DNA from: a virus
Lineage: Duplodnaviria > Heunggongvirae > Uroviricota > Caudoviricetes
DNA length: 12,354 nt
IMG/VR virus record: IMGVR_UViG_2617270976_000018
Reading direction: 5' to 3' (one strand)
In this document: positions 11,071 through 12,354 of the stretch, piece by piece
Position numbering within the stretch: position 1 is the stretch's first letter
Layout of the letters: every line of letters begins with the position of its first letter
The notes under the pieces: model-generated
What the model saw: the letters and a program-made list of their open reading frames with translations, nothing else
The model's database searches: none
What the model was told of the DNA's origin: nothing
Made by a program: the position numbers and the translations under genes

Positions 11071-12354
11071 ATGGATTTCCAGTTATATTCGCTCGGCGCA
11101 GCGTTAGTGTTTCATGAAATATTTTTTCCTGAATCATCAACGGCAATGGCGTTAATTCTGGCAATGGGAACCTACGGTGCAGGTTATGTGGCGCGTATTG
11201 TCGGAGCATTTATTTTCGGCAAAATGGGCGACAGAATAGGGCGTAAAAAAGTGCTCTTTATTACCATCACCATGATGGGGATCTGTACCACCTTAATTGG
11301 TGTGTTACCGACCTATGCACAGATTGGTGTTTTTGCACCCATCTTGCTGGTGACGTTGCGTATTATTCAGGGGTTGGGTGCAGGTGCGGAAATTTCCGGT
11401 GCCGGTACGATGCTGGCGGAATATGCGCCAAAAGGTAAGCGCGGAATTATCTCCTCATTTGTGGCTATGGGAACTAACTGCGGAACCTTGAGCGCAACGG
11501 CAATCTGGGCCTTTATGTTCTTCATTCTCAGTAAAGAGGAACTGCTGGCGTGGGGATGGCGTATACCGTTCCTGGCGAGCGTTGTCGTGATGGTCTTTGC
11601 TATCTGGTTGCGTATGAATCTGAAAGAAAGCCCGGTCTTTGAGAAGGTTAACGACAGTAACCAACCGACAGCAAAACCTGCACCTGCTGGTAGCATGTTC
11701 CAGAGCAAATCCTTCTGGCTGGCAACAGGGCTGCGTTTTGGTCAGGCGGGTAACTCCGGGTTAATTCAGACTTTCCTTGCAGGCTATTTAGTGCAGACGT
11801 TATTGTTTAACAAAGCAATTCCAACAGATGCATTGATGATCAGTTCGATTCTCGGCTTTATGACCATTCCGTTCCTTGGTTGGTTATCCGATAAAATTGG
11901 TCGCCGGATCCCGTATATTATTATGAATACCTCCGCGATTGTGCTGGCATGGCCAATGCTTTCTATCATTGTAGATAAAAGCTATGCCCCGAGCACCATT
12001 ATGGTTGCACTGATTGTGATTCATAACTGTGCGGTGCTGGGATTATTTGCTCTGGAAAACATTACCATGGCAGAAATGTTCGGCTGTAAAAACCGCTTTA
12101 CCCGGATGGCTATTTCTAAAGAAATTGGTGGTCTTATCGCTTCCGGTTTTGGTCCTATCCTGGCGGGTATTTTCTGCACCATGACGGAATCCTGGTATCC
12201 GATCGCCATTATGATCATGGCATATTCAGTGATTGGTTTAATCTCTGCGCTGAAAATACCAGAGGTGAAAGACCGTGATTTAAGTGCGCTGGAAGACGCT
12301 GCGGAAGATCAACCGCGTGTTGTAAGAGCTGCGCAACCTTCCAGAAGTCTGTAA
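11071..12354 (+). CDS. ydfJ: MFS transporter (metabolite:H+ symporter / ProP-like family) YdfJ, N-terminally truncated at the prophage junction; probable pseudogene
   Basis: The 427-aa ORF starts at MDFQLYSLGAALVFHEIFFP, which corresponds to the conserved E-W-(F/Y)-D-F...FFP motif that normally lies about 25-35 residues inside MHS transporters. The frame is closed by TGA at 11065-11067. The window ends at its stop codon. Confidence 0.85.
   Translation: MDFQLYSLGAALVFHEIFFPESSTAMALILAMGTYGAGYVARIVGAFIFGKMGDRIGRKKVLFITITMMGICTTLIGVLPTYAQIGVFAPILLVTLRIIQGLGAGAEISGAGTMLAEYAPKGKRGIISSFVAMGTNCGTLSATAIWAFMFFILSKEELLAWGWRIPFLASVVVMVFAIWLRMNLKESPVFEKVNDSNQPTAKPAPAGSMFQSKSFWLATGLRFGQAGNSGLIQTFLAGYLVQTLLFNKAIPTDALMISSILGFMTIPFLGWLSDKIGRRIPYIIMNTSAIVLAWPMLSIIVDKSYAPSTIMVALIVIHNCAVLGLFALENITMAEMFGCKNRFTRMAISKEIGGLIASGFGPILAGIFCTMTESWYPIAIMIMAYSVIGLISALKIPEVKDRDLSALEDAAEDQPRVVRAAQPSRSL

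Noticed and set aside
10861-11082. Direct repeat ATG(A/G)ATTTCCAG at 10859-10870 and 11071-11082 as a possible att core duplication
   Set aside because: 11-12-mer matches of this size are expected several times by chance in 12 kb, and att cores flank a prophage at opposite ends rather than repeating 200 bp apart.
11367-12218. Minus-strand ORFs inside ydfJ (11367-11708, 11455-11664, 11784-11969, 12021-12218)
   Set aside because: All are antisense to the 427-aa transporter frame, which has clear multi-TM character. Treated as shadow ORFs.

Overview
This 12.3-kb window is a slice of a degraded lambdoid prophage of Escherichia coli, recognisable as Qin-like and lying reverse-complemented relative to the usual K-12 gene order. 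All calls rest on reading the sequence and the supplied ORF track against remembered protein families; no database search or alignment was run. In order: a partial IS1 (insA) that truncates cspF; cspB with a cspA-type leader; a tiny ORF behind a perfect Shine-Dalgarno; the zinc-ribbon gene ynfU; a phage-21-type lysis cassette (pinholin essQ, ydfR, SAR endolysin rrrQ, nested spanins rzpQ/rzoQ); cold-shock morons cspI, a ynfN-like ORF and gnsB; the ynfO-ydfO pair; a lambda-type cos site followed by a Nu1 small-terminase gene fused by deletion to the distal part of a J tail-tip gene; a tfa 3' remnant; the Pin-family invertase pinQ; ydfK; and the prophage/host junction at the N-terminally truncated transporter gene ydfJ. 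No rRNA, tRNA or CRISPR array was seen. The strongest unexplained signal is an Ogr/Delta-like four-cysteine ORF just 3' of cspI that has no canonical start codon yet ends at an intrinsic terminator. Next are the packaging-competent-looking cos/Nu1 module in a prophage lacking head genes, and the ynfO-ydfO two-gene module.
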